The position numbers and the translations under genes are program-made. From a virus, in UHGV virus genome UHGV-0193089: 22,351 nucleotides of DNA, one strand, 5' to 3'. Positions 14,568 through 22,351 of the stretch are shown here, piece after piece. Each line of letters begins with the position of its first letter. The first letter of the stretch is position 1. The notes below the pieces were generated by a model. It saw only the letters and a list, made by a program, of their open reading frames with translations. It was not told where the DNA came from and did no database searches.

Positions 14568-15248
14568 TTACAGAACCCACCACCTGATCGAATCTGTGGG
14601 TATGGTTGCAGCCTCGACATTCTGGATCATACCCAACTCGGTGGCCCTTCCCGGATCAATGATGGTTGCAGAAGTGATCAAATTAGCCCAGTCAATTTGC
14701 TCATCTGGGGCTACAGCGAGAGCCTCGATATTCATCACCTGCACAAATCTTTGCAAGTCGTCATCCAGACATGCCGCCCATTCCCTAAGCCTGAGGTGAT
14801 CTGCTTGTGGGGCGGCAAATCCCCAATGTAAAGGATGTAATAAAAATCGCGAGAGAGGATTAGCAAACCGCTCAGATCCAGCCATGAAAATAACATTTGC
14901 TATAGATTCCACGTTACTAAGGTTATGTGTCTTCACCTTTACAGGAAGAGACTTAAGAAAGTTGTATGCGGTAAAACCTGCAACGGTATCTCCACCTTTA
15001 CTAGAGATGTAAATCCTGATCTCAGAGGCTGGTTGGTTAGGGCTTGATATCGCTTTGAGGCAAACATCCATAAGGCTGGATACAGAAGCAACTGTCACAT
15101 CTGTCATGAAGTGTACGGTATGGATCATTTCAGTTTCCCAGAGATATGCCGCAATTGGCATTTTCATAATGCACATAAAGTGAAAGGTTTTCTGCGTAAA
15201 CCCGGATGAAATAATTTCATGAAGTAAGGCATTACAGAAGCCCTTCAT
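14568..15248 (-). CDS. ClpP-fold (S14/S49-like) serine peptidase homolog encoded antisense to the late operon
   Basis: 226-aa track ORF; by-eye alignment to ClpP: IRIYISSKGGDTVAGF vs IYLYINSPGG..TAG, and AGSERFANPLSRFLLHP vs [20 protein letters not shown]; candidate Ser (VESIA), His (LLHPL), Asp (QIDWA). No clear SD at 15248; true start may be Met25-30. Confidence 0.75.
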   Translation of the reverse strand: MKGFCNALLHEIISSGFTQKTFHFMCIMKMPIAAYLWETEMIHTVHFMTDVTVASVSSLMDVCLKAISSPNQPASEIRIYISSKGGDTVAGFTAYNFLKSLPVKVKTHNLSNVESIANVIFMAGSERFANPLSRFLLHPLHWGFAAPQADHLRLREWAACLDDDLQRFVQVMNIEALAVAPDEQIDWANLITSATIIDPGRATELGMIQNVEAATIPTDSIRWWVL

Positions 15249-15590
15249 TGAGGGGCTTCGATAATGAAACCGGAATTTATTCTGGGTAACCAGTTACGGC
15301 AGTACAGCGAAACAACCCAAGCCAGTAAGTGGGGAAATAACACTGGCAGCCACTGAAAGATGAACCTCCTGCCTTATGGCAAAAAAGATTCTTTGTGGTG
15401 GCGGACTGATGGAAAGACATCGGTTATTGCAGAGACCATTCAATGAGTGGTCTCGACAATGGCTTATACCCTACACGGGATAACTTAACTGATATCCCCA
15501 CAAGCGGATAAAGAGATTCTCAATGTCAGGAATCTACTTTTAGTCCTAGTAATGATGAACTAGATATCAGCTGAGTCGCTTGGGTGGTGA

Positions 15591-15827
15591 TTACGATTCT
15601 GCTTCAAACTCAGAAATTAGTTGATGAACACGTTCAGTATATGATGGGTTAGAACCTAGAAACTCTTCCACTGTCTGAATGGTTTCATCACCCTCCCATT
15701 CAAAATGGCTCACAGGTGACGAATGACCAGCCCTGACTTGGTAGGAGCCATTGTCCAATTTGTCCAGGAATATATAAGTTTCATTATCATGACCTGTATT
15801 TCGGTAAAAAATTTGCTTTGAGTTCAT
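15591..15827 (-). CDS. small acidic hypothetical protein (78 aa)
   Basis: Track ORF; ATG at 15827-15825 with GAGGAT SD 8 nt upstream; AT-rich like the neighbouring moron; start only 24 bp from the divergent terS ATG. Confidence 0.45.
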   Translation of the reverse strand: MNSKQIFYRNTGHDNETYIFLDKLDNGSYQVRAGHSSPVSHFEWEGDETIQTVEEFLGSNPSYTERVHQLISEFEAES

Positions 15828-15851
15828 TAAAGAAATCCTCTAGAGAAAACT

Positions 15852-16403
15852 ATGGCACTCACCGACAAACAAGAGATGTTCTGTCGCGAGTACCTCATCG
15901 ATTTAAACGCCACACAAGCGGCTATTCGGGCGGGGTACAGCGCAAAGACAGCTAACCGTACCGCATCCGAAAACATGTCAAAACCTGACATCCAATTCAG
16001 AATCGCCGAACTGAAAGCGCAACGCAATGATCTTGTTGGTATTAATGCAGAATATGTGCTTAATCGCCTTATTGAAATCGACCAGATGGATGTGCTCGAC
16101 ATTCTCCTGCAAAACGGTGAGCTAAAGCCCATTAAAGACTGGCCTAAGGTATGGCGCACAACGCTATCAGGAATGGATGTCGTGGAGATGGTATCCGCAG
16201 ATAGTGCTGCTCTCCTGAAGAAAATCAAATGGCCTGATAAGGTTAAAAACCTTGAGTTGCTTGGGCGTCATGTTTCTGTTCAGGCGTTTAAAGACAACGT
16301 CAAAAATGAAGTGACTGGCGCTGATGGAGGACCAGTCAGAACAGAAATTACCAACTTAACGCCGGAGCAGGCTGCAGAGGCGTATAGAAAAATGATGGGC
16401 TAA
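15852..16403 (+). CDS. terminase small subunit (Terminase_2/P27-type)
   Basis: 183 aa; [34 protein letters not shown]... is the characteristic N-terminus of this TerS family as recalled. Confidence 0.85.
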   Translation: MALTDKQEMFCREYLIDLNATQAAIRAGYSAKTANRTASENMSKPDIQFRIAELKAQRNDLVGINAEYVLNRLIEIDQMDVLDILLQNGELKPIKDWPKVWRTTLSGMDVVEMVSADSAALLKKIKWPDKVKNLELLGRHVSVQAFKDNVKNEVTGADGGPVRTEITNLTPEQAAEAYRKMMG

Positions 16404-16405
16404 GT

Positions 16406-18028
16406 ATGCCGTTACCATTCCCCTTCGATTTTAAACATCCTGATTACCAGATGGTTTTTGAATGGCGGATGGAACGCCTACAGCGCATTCGCCAGAATCC
16501 TGAAATATTGCCTGCACTAAAACAGTTTTACCGAACTAATCCGGCTCAGTTCATCATCGACTGGGGCATGACAACGGACCCACGTAATATTGATTATGGC
16601 CTGCCGGTGACCATTCCGTTTTTACTCTTCCCTAAGCAGGAGGAGTGGATCCACTGGATTATGGAACGCTGGGGTAATCGGGAGAATGGTATTACCGAAA
16701 AATCCCGTGAAATGGGGCTCAGTTGGACCGCGATCGGACTGGCCTGCTCGCTTTGTCTCTTCAACAAAGAAATGGTTATCGGTTTCGGCTCCCGTAAAGA
16801 GGAATACGTCGACAGCACTGGTGACCCGAAAGCATTGTTCTGGAAGGCACGCAAGTTCGTGGAAACACTGCCCATCGAGTTTCGCGGTTCGTGGGACGAG
16901 AAGAAGCATGCGCCTTATATGCGCGTTGAGTTTCCAGATACTGGCGCGGTTATCAAAGGCGAGGCTGGCGACAATATCGGTCGTGGTGACCGTACCACGC
17001 TCTACCTGGTGGATGAGGCTGCATTCCTCCAGCGTCCTCTGCTGATTGACGCGGCGCTGTCGCAAACCACCCGCTGCCGTATCGACCTGAGTTCGGTTAA
17101 CGGCATGGCGAACCCGTTCGCGCAGAAGCGTCACGGCGGGAAGATACCGGTATTCACATTCCACTGGCGGGATGATCCTCGCAAGGATGAAGAGTGGTAT
17201 CGCAGGGAATGCGAGAAAATCGATAATCCGGTGGTGGTGGCACAGGAACTTGATCTGAACTACAGCGCATCAGCGGAAGGCGTCCTGATTCCATCCGAAT
17301 GGGTACAGGCTGCCGTTGATGCGCATATCAAACTGGGTATCCAGCCAACAGGCAAACGACTTGGCGCGATGGATGTCGCTGATGAAGGCAGGGACAAAAA
17401 TGCCTTTTCCACCCGTCATGGCTTCCTCCTGGAAAATGTGCGGGAATGGTCTGGTGTGGGTAGCGACATTTATCAGTCCGTCGAGAAGGTCTTCGGTTTT
17501 TGCGAACAGGACAACCTCGAAGAGTTTCGCTTTGACGAGGACGGGCTGGGCGCTGGCGTTCGCGGCGATGCACGCGCTATCAACGAACTGCGTAACGCTG
17601 CGCGCCGACCGTCAATACTCGCCACACCGTTTCGAGGTAGTGGCGCGGTATTTGATCCGGACGACGAAGCGGTGCGCGGTGACAACGGACAGGCCGCCCG
17701 CCTGAACAAGGACTTCTTCGCTAACGCCAAAGCCCAGAGCTGGTGGCGGTTACGTAAACTTTTTCAGAATACCTGGCGCGCCGTGGTTGAAGGTATGGAT
17801 TACAACCCGGACGAAATCATCTCAATCAGCAGTAGCATGGCACTCAAAGATAAACTCATCATCGAGCTTTCGCAGCCGACCTATTCCATTAATGGTGTGG
17901 GGAAAATCGTTATTGATAAACAGCCTGATGGAACCCGGTCGCCAAACCTTGCCGACTCGGTGATGATCAGCTACGCGCCAATGAATTCAGCCCTGAATAT
18001 CTGGGAGCTGCTAGGGAGACAGGCCTGA
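16406..18028 (+). CDS. terminase large subunit
   Basis: 540 aa immediately after TerS; Walker-B-like LYLVDEAAF; size and position typical of TerL. Confidence 0.9.
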   Translation: MPLPFPFDFKHPDYQMVFEWRMERLQRIRQNPEILPALKQFYRTNPAQFIIDWGMTTDPRNIDYGLPVTIPFLLFPKQEEWIHWIMERWGNRENGITEKSREMGLSWTAIGLACSLCLFNKEMVIGFGSRKEEYVDSTGDPKALFWKARKFVETLPIEFRGSWDEKKHAPYMRVEFPDTGAVIKGEAGDNIGRGDRTTLYLVDEAAFLQRPLLIDAALSQTTRCRIDLSSVNGMANPFAQKRHGGKIPVFTFHWRDDPRKDEEWYRRECEKIDNPVVVAQELDLNYSASAEGVLIPSEWVQAAVDAHIKLGIQPTGKRLGAMDVADEGRDKNAFSTRHGFLLENVREWSGVGSDIYQSVEKVFGFCEQDNLEEFRFDEDGLGAGVRGDARAINELRNAARRPSILATPFRGSGAVFDPDDEAVRGDNGQAARLNKDFFANAKAQSWWRLRKLFQNTWRAVVEGMDYNPDEIISISSSMALKDKLIIELSQPTYSINGVGKIVIDKQPDGTRSPNLADSVMISYAPMNSALNIWELLGRQA

Positions 18029-19497
18029 TGGCACGAAACAAACAAGCCACGCGGCGAACGGCACAGGCCACCGCTGATGGATATGAGAACTTTGTCGCCC
18101 GCGTGGGGATGCAGACGCCTAACCAGCACTCAGCATCGACCTACCGGGCTAACTTCACCAGCCGCAACCGCATGCTGGTGGAATGGTCCTATCGTTCGTC
18201 CTGGATCATCGGCGAAGCGGTCGACGCTATCCCGGATGATATGACCCGCAAAGGCATTCGCATCACTTCGGAAATTGATGCAAAAGATCGCGGCATTCTC
18301 GAATCACAACTTGATGAGTTGCAGATCTGGGATGCGCTGAACGACGTGCTGAAATGGTCTCGCCTCTACGGCGGCGCGGTCGGCTTCATCATGATCGAGG
18401 GGCAGGCACCAATGACCCCGCTGCGGCTCGAAACCATTGGAGAAGGCAAGTTTAAGGGCATTCTCCCGCTCGACCGCTGGATGATTAACCCGGCCCTGAC
18501 CCGCCGCATTAAAGAGATGGGGCCAGATCTCGGCAAACCTGAGTTTTACGACGTGGTGACCACTGCAACGGGCATCCCGGCTTGGCGCATCCATCACAGC
18601 CGCCTGATTCGCTTCGACGGGGTGACGCTGCCATTCCAGCAGAAGATGACCGAAAACGAATGGGGAATGTCGGTTGTAGAGCGTATCTGGGATCGGCTTA
18701 CTGCGTTCGACAGCGCCACTGTCGGCGCGGCGCAGCTGGTCTACAAAGCGCATTTGCGTACCTACAGCGTGGAGAAGCTACGCGAGCTTATCGCACTTGG
18801 TGGTCCTGCGTATGAAGCGTTGCTGAAGAATATCGACCTGATTCGACAGTTCCAGAGCAATGAAGGCATGACGCTCATGGACTCGCGGGATAAGTTTGAA
18901 ACCCATCAGTACAGCTTCAGTGGTCTGGATGACATTCTTTCGCAGTTTGCAGAACAGATTAGCGGCGCTGTTGGTATTCCACTGGTGCGGTTGTTCGGAC
19001 AGTCCCCGAAAGGATTTTCTACCGGTGATGCAGATCTTGCCAACTATTACGACCGGGTGAGCTCATTGCAGGAGCGCCGCTTACGGATGCCGATGCGCCG
19101 GATACTGGACATTATGCACCGCTCGGAACTCGGTAAGCCGCTGCCGGACGATTTCACGTTTGAGTTTAACCCGCTCTGGCAAATGTCTGATGTCGATCGC
19201 TCAACGGTGGCGTTAAACACTACCAACGCAATCAGTACGGCGCTGGGTGATGGTCTGATGACACTGAAAGCCGCTATGACCGATTTGCGCGAAAATTCTG
19301 ACGTAACCGGCATCGGGGCATCCATTACCGACGAGGACATAGAGAATGCCGAAGACGAAGCGCCGCCAGGCATCGGCGAACTTGGCGACAAACCGCCAGA
19401 GTCGCCAGGCGGAGATCCGATATCGAACGAGCCTACGGCAGATAGCGCGGGCGGTCGGGGATATCGTAAATGGGCGCTACGATGGTTCAAACGATAG
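18028..19497 (+). CDS. portal protein
   Basis: 489 aa following TerL with a TGATG junction; acidic disordered C-terminus; call by position and size. Confidence 0.8.
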   Translation: MARNKQATRRTAQATADGYENFVARVGMQTPNQHSASTYRANFTSRNRMLVEWSYRSSWIIGEAVDAIPDDMTRKGIRITSEIDAKDRGILESQLDELQIWDALNDVLKWSRLYGGAVGFIMIEGQAPMTPLRLETIGEGKFKGILPLDRWMINPALTRRIKEMGPDLGKPEFYDVVTTATGIPAWRIHHSRLIRFDGVTLPFQQKMTENEWGMSVVERIWDRLTAFDSATVGAAQLVYKAHLRTYSVEKLRELIALGGPAYEALLKNIDLIRQFQSNEGMTLMDSRDKFETHQYSFSGLDDILSQFAEQISGAVGIPLVRLFGQSPKGFSTGDADLANYYDRVSSLQERRLRMPMRRILDIMHRSELGKPLPDDFTFEFNPLWQMSDVDRSTVALNTTNAISTALGDGLMTLKAAMTDLRENSDVTGIGASITDEDIENAEDEAPPGIGELGDKPPESPGGDPISNEPTADSAGGRGYRKWALRWFKR

Positions 19498-20119
19498 CGT
19501 AACCGAAATAATGGATGCGCTGGAGCGCTACAGCGAAATCATCACCCCCTGGGCGACGAAGGTAGCTGAGAACTTTACCGCAGACATAGCGCGCCAGAAT
19601 GAAAAGCAGTGGCGTCAACACAGCCGGAACATCAGTGCAGAGCTGCGCAACATGGTTGACTGCGCCCCGGTAGGCCAGGTGATGAAATCCATCGTTGCCG
19701 AGCAGATTAAGTACATCAAATCGCTACCTCTTGAGGCCGCCGATCGGGTGTATGACATTCAGAACAAAGCCATCGAGGCAGTTGTGACTGGCGGGCGGGC
19801 TGAGTCATTCGCGAAAGAGATAGCGGCGTCAGGTGACGTGTCACGCTCGCGAGCGAACCTTATCGCCCGTACCGAACTTGGACGCGCAACCGGCGCGCTC
19901 GATCAGGCGCGTGCGCTGTCAATTGGTTCGAATGGTTATATCTGGCGTACAGCCGAAGATGGCGATGTCCGGCACTCTCATTGTGAGATGGAGGGCAAGT
20001 TTGTCGAATGGGGCCGACCTCCAACGCTTGACGGTATGACCGGTCACGCTGGTGAGCTGCCGAACTGCCGCTGTTACAAAGAAATCGTCTTCCCCAACCC
20101 TCATTCTTATCTCGCCTGA
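19346..20119 (+). CDS. head morphogenesis protein, Mu F / SPP1 gp7 family
   Basis: C-terminal motif WRTAEDGDVRHSHCEMEG...PNCRCY typical of the family; track start 19346 overlaps the portal by 152 nt in another frame; first internal ATG beyond the portal stop is 19511. Confidence 0.8.
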   Translation: MPKTKRRQASANLATNRQSRQAEIRYRTSLRQIARAVGDIVNGRYDGSNDSVTEIMDALERYSEIITPWATKVAENFTADIARQNEKQWRQHSRNISAELRNMVDCAPVGQVMKSIVAEQIKYIKSLPLEAADRVYDIQNKAIEAVVTGGRAESFAKEIAASGDVSRSRANLIARTELGRATGALDQARALSIGSNGYIWRTAEDGDVRHSHCEMEGKFVEWGRPPTLDGMTGHAGELPNCRCYKEIVFPNPHSYLA

Positions 20120-20133
20120 ATCGCAGGTAAACC

Positions 20134-21354
20134 ATGAAATATTTTTTCAATACCCGGCTGGGGGAAACCCGCTATCAGCTGGCTGACGGCTCGCTGCTGT
20201 GCAAAGACGTGCCGATAGGTCGAACGGGTAAGCAGCTCTACGGCGCTGCCGATCTGCCAAACCTCAAACCCGACAAGCTCGGTGAGATAGTCGTAACGCG
20301 TTCTCCTGAGCAGGTATTCAATCCGGCCACGCTCGCCTCATTCGAAGGGATGAGCATCACGATCCTGCATCCTGAAGATGAAAACGGGAATGTGCGGCTG
20401 GTAAATCCCGAGAACTGGAAAGAGCTTGCTGTCGGGCATCTTCAGAATGTGCGGCGCGGGACTGGTGACCAGTCTGATTTGATGCTGGCTGACCTTATCG
20501 TCAAAGACGAAAACGCCATTCAGCTTATCGAAGATGGCCTGCGTGAAGTGTCGTGCGGCTATGACGCGGAGTACGAGCAGACCGAGCCAGGTAAAGCCGA
20601 GCAGGTCGATATTACCGGAAACCATGTGGCTCTTGTCCCCAAAGGCAGAGCCGGAAATCGTTGTGCAATTGGAGACAGAGACACAATGGCAAATCAAAAG
20701 AAAAACTGGTGGAACCGCATGCGTGCAGCCATCAAGACAGGAGATGCCGACACCATGAACGAACTGGTGGAGTCGGCTCCCGCATCGGTTACAGGAGATG
20801 AGGGGGATTTGCCGCAGGGCGTTAATCTCAACATCAACCTGTCCCCGCAGCAACCACTACCGGACAAAGCACCAGAGATGGGTGGAGGTCCAACCGTCGA
20901 CAGTGATGATGACCTCAAAACATTACTGAAAGCCCTGCTGGCTAAGCTGGAAGGAAATGCCACGGGCGATAACGATAATAAGCCTGACGATAATCCGACC
21001 GGTGACGGCGAGGATGATGAAGAGGAAACCACGATTACTGGTGACTCAGCCTGGCGTGCCGAAGTTATCGTTCCGGGTATCGATCTGAGCCGTAAGATGA
21101 AACCGACCGCGTTCAAACGCGAGGTTCTGGCTTCCGCTGACAAAACGCTGGTTCGCCAGATAGTCGGTGATGCGGATATCCGCAAATTACCGAAACAATC
21201 GGTCAACATGGCGTTTAATGCCGTGTCTGAGATTGCCAAAGGGCGAAACACCCGCGCCACCACCGGCGATGCACAGCGCCCAAACATGGGCATGACCAGT
21301 ATCGCTTCCCTGAACAAACAAAACGCTGAATTCTGGGCAAACCGTAAAGGGTAA
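20134..21354 (+). CDS. putative head scaffolding / maturation protein (acidic low-complexity C-terminal half)
   Basis: 406 aa after the MuF-like gene; structured N-terminal ~190 aa then a D/E/G-rich segment (GDNDNKPDDNPTGDGEDDEEE); function inferred from position. Confidence 0.6.
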   Translation: MKYFFNTRLGETRYQLADGSLLCKDVPIGRTGKQLYGAADLPNLKPDKLGEIVVTRSPEQVFNPATLASFEGMSITILHPEDENGNVRLVNPENWKELAVGHLQNVRRGTGDQSDLMLADLIVKDENAIQLIEDGLREVSCGYDAEYEQTEPGKAEQVDITGNHVALVPKGRAGNRCAIGDRDTMANQKKNWWNRMRAAIKTGDADTMNELVESAPASVTGDEGDLPQGVNLNINLSPQQPLPDKAPEMGGGPTVDSDDDLKTLLKALLAKLEGNATGDNDNKPDDNPTGDGEDDEEETTITGDSAWRAEVIVPGIDLSRKMKPTAFKREVLASADKTLVRQIVGDADIRKLPKQSVNMAFNAVSEIAKGRNTRATTGDAQRPNMGMTSIASLNKQNAEFWANRKG

Positions 21355-21357
21355 AAA

Positions 21358-21570
21358 ATGAATAATGTATTTCTGTACCGGATGCCTGTTGGCATTGCCG
21401 GGGCTGTCTCTCGCCCGCAGGACTTAACCGTCGAACCGGTGGTCCTTAAATCCGATAACGCCTTTGCTGCCTATGGGCTGGCTGGTAAATACGATGCTGA
21501 CGGTTTTTTCGTACCGCTGGCAGATGGTGATACCGCAGACAAGGTGAAGGGGATCTACGTGCGTCCTTAA
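21358..21570 (+). CDS. small hypothetical head-module protein (70 aa)
   Basis: Track ORF 4 nt after the previous stop; may be the 5' part of a frameshifted gene with the next ORF. Confidence 0.45.
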   Translation: MNNVFLYRMPVGIAGAVSRPQDLTVEPVVLKSDNAFAAYGLAGKYDADGFFVPLADGDTADKVKGIYVRP

Positions 21571-21577
21571 CCAGGAC

Positions 21578-21811
21578 ATGACGATATCGGTCTGGGTCTT
21601 TCCTGATACTGATATTTCAGATGTATCGCGTGAGTTAATTGCGGCAATTAAACAGGGGTATCTCACAGTAAAAGCCGCCGGGGTATGGGCGGGGGGCATT
21701 GAAACTCCTTCGGTGGAAACCCCATCGGAAGGCTCAAAATTTTTTGGTTTTGATATGGATAACGAATTCATCAGTGGTTTTGATGTAGGAGCATGGGGAG
21801 TATTACTCTGA
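21578..21811 (+). CDS. small hypothetical head-module protein (77 aa)
   Basis: Track ORF; its frame is open from 21548, overlapping the end of the previous ORF; SD spacing poor (GGA-c-ATG). Confidence 0.45.
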   Translation: MTISVWVFPDTDISDVSRELIAAIKQGYLTVKAAGVWAGGIETPSVETPSEGSKFFGFDMDNEFISGFDVGAWGVLL

Positions 21812-22351
21812 TGGCGAAAAATGACTTTAAAGCGTTTGCAACTGATCGAAATGCCAATGTTATGTCGCAGGAGGAATGGGAAGCGTTGCCTGCGCTTTTA
21901 TCCGGATTTACAGCAGGGAAAGCATCCAGTGCGCAGGTGAACAAAGCCATTCGACAGGCCAGCTTTATTGCTGCAGCTCTGGCCCAGTTTGTAAGTGACA
22001 AAACGCAACGGGATGTGCTTGATAATGGTGATCTGCCCGGATTTGTTGAATTGCTGGGATCGGGGTTTGCTGTTGAATACCTGAGCCGCAAGAATCCGTT
22101 TGGCGATATCAAATCGGATGGCACTGTGCAAACGGCTCTCGAAAACCTTGGTTTGGTGGATGATTCCGGTGTAGTAGGCCGTTTGCTTAATACTCAAGTG
22201 ATTACCTCATCTGGTACTTACACCCCAACACCGGGTACCCGGAAAATTAAGGCAATTCTTACCGGGGGAGGTGGCGGTGGTAGTTCTGTCATCGCCACAT
22301 CATTTTCTCAGACGGCGTTTGGAGGTGGAGGTGGCTCTGCCGCAACCTGCA
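21811..22351 (+). CDS. structural protein, N-terminal fragment with Gly-run linkers (gene continues past the window end)
   Basis: ATG at 21811 overlapping the previous stop (TGATG); hand translation open for 180 codons to the window end ([33 protein letters not shown]...TGGGGGGSS...[11 protein letters not shown]). Confidence 0.5.
   Translation, partial: MAKNDFKAFATDRNANVMSQEEWEALPALLSGFTAGKASSAQVNKAIRQASFIAAALAQFVSDKTQRDVLDNGDLPGFVELLGSGFAVEYLSRKNPFGDIKSDGTVQTALENLGLVDDSGVVGRLLNTQVITSSGTYTPTPGTRKIKAILTGGGGGGSSVIATSFSQTAFGGGGGSAATC

Noticed and set aside
14551-14831. Plus-strand track ORFs 14551..14799 and 14565..14831 downstream of Rz1
   Set aside because: They overlap the 3' third of the ClpP-like gene, whose minus-strand frame carries the His and Asp motif regions; treated as antisense shadows.
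16594-17730. Multiple overlapping track ORFs on both strands inside terL
   Set aside because: All lie inside the 540-aa terminase frame; typical spurious ORFs in GC-rich coding DNA.
18304-20853. Antisense or out-of-frame track ORFs inside the portal, MuF-like and scaffold-like genes
   Set aside because: Contained within longer, better-supported plus-strand genes.
21424-22197. Minus-strand track ORFs 21424..21771, 21771..22124 and 21898..22197
   Set aside because: Antisense to the plus-strand head-module ORFs and the terminal partial gene, which continues the late operon orientation with overlapping stop/start codons.
1-22351. Searched for tRNA genes, an integrase/att site and a cos site
   Set aside because: No cloverleaf-like or integrase-like sequence recognised by eye; the integrase end of the prophage appears to lie outside the window; a P27-type TerS suggests pac-type packaging, so no cos call was made.

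Overview
This window reads as the central ~22 kb of a mosaic lambdoid prophage of an enterobacterial host. All family calls are from reading the translated ORFs and recalling reference proteins; no database search, HMM or folding was run. Left to right: (1) a leftward early operon on the minus strand (1-4810) with an Ead/Ea22-like gene, small unknown ORFs, a translationally coupled Erf/SSB recombination pair, two small overlapping ORFs at the kil/arf position, a CIII-like gene, a block of unknown accessory genes punctuated by three intrinsic terminators, and a phage-21-type N antiterminator with nutL; (2) a P22-type immunity region (pL/OL, c2 repressor, OR/pRM/pR, cro, nutR, c1); (3) replication genes (O-like initiator carrying 11-bp origin iterons, DnaB-like helicase); (4) a lambda-like nin region (NinB, NinE, NinF, RusA, NinH, Ser/Thr phosphatase) and antiterminator Q; (5) pR' with terminator hairpins and the lysis cassette S, R, Rz/Rz1; (6) an AT-rich antisense moron between lysis and packaging encoding a stand-alone ClpP-fold peptidase-like protein plus a small acidic ORF; (7) the start of the packaging/head module (TerS, TerL, portal, MuF/SPP1-gp7-like, scaffold-like protein, two small ORFs, and a Gly-rich partial ORF running off the window). 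The ORF track appears to accept GTG/TTG starts and often over-extends N-termini into the preceding gene; I re-set several starts to internal ATGs with Shine-Dalgarno (SD) sequences. The best candidates for something undescribed are the antisense ClpP-like moron (14529-15851) and the terminator-insulated unknown cassette in the pL operon (2819-4163).
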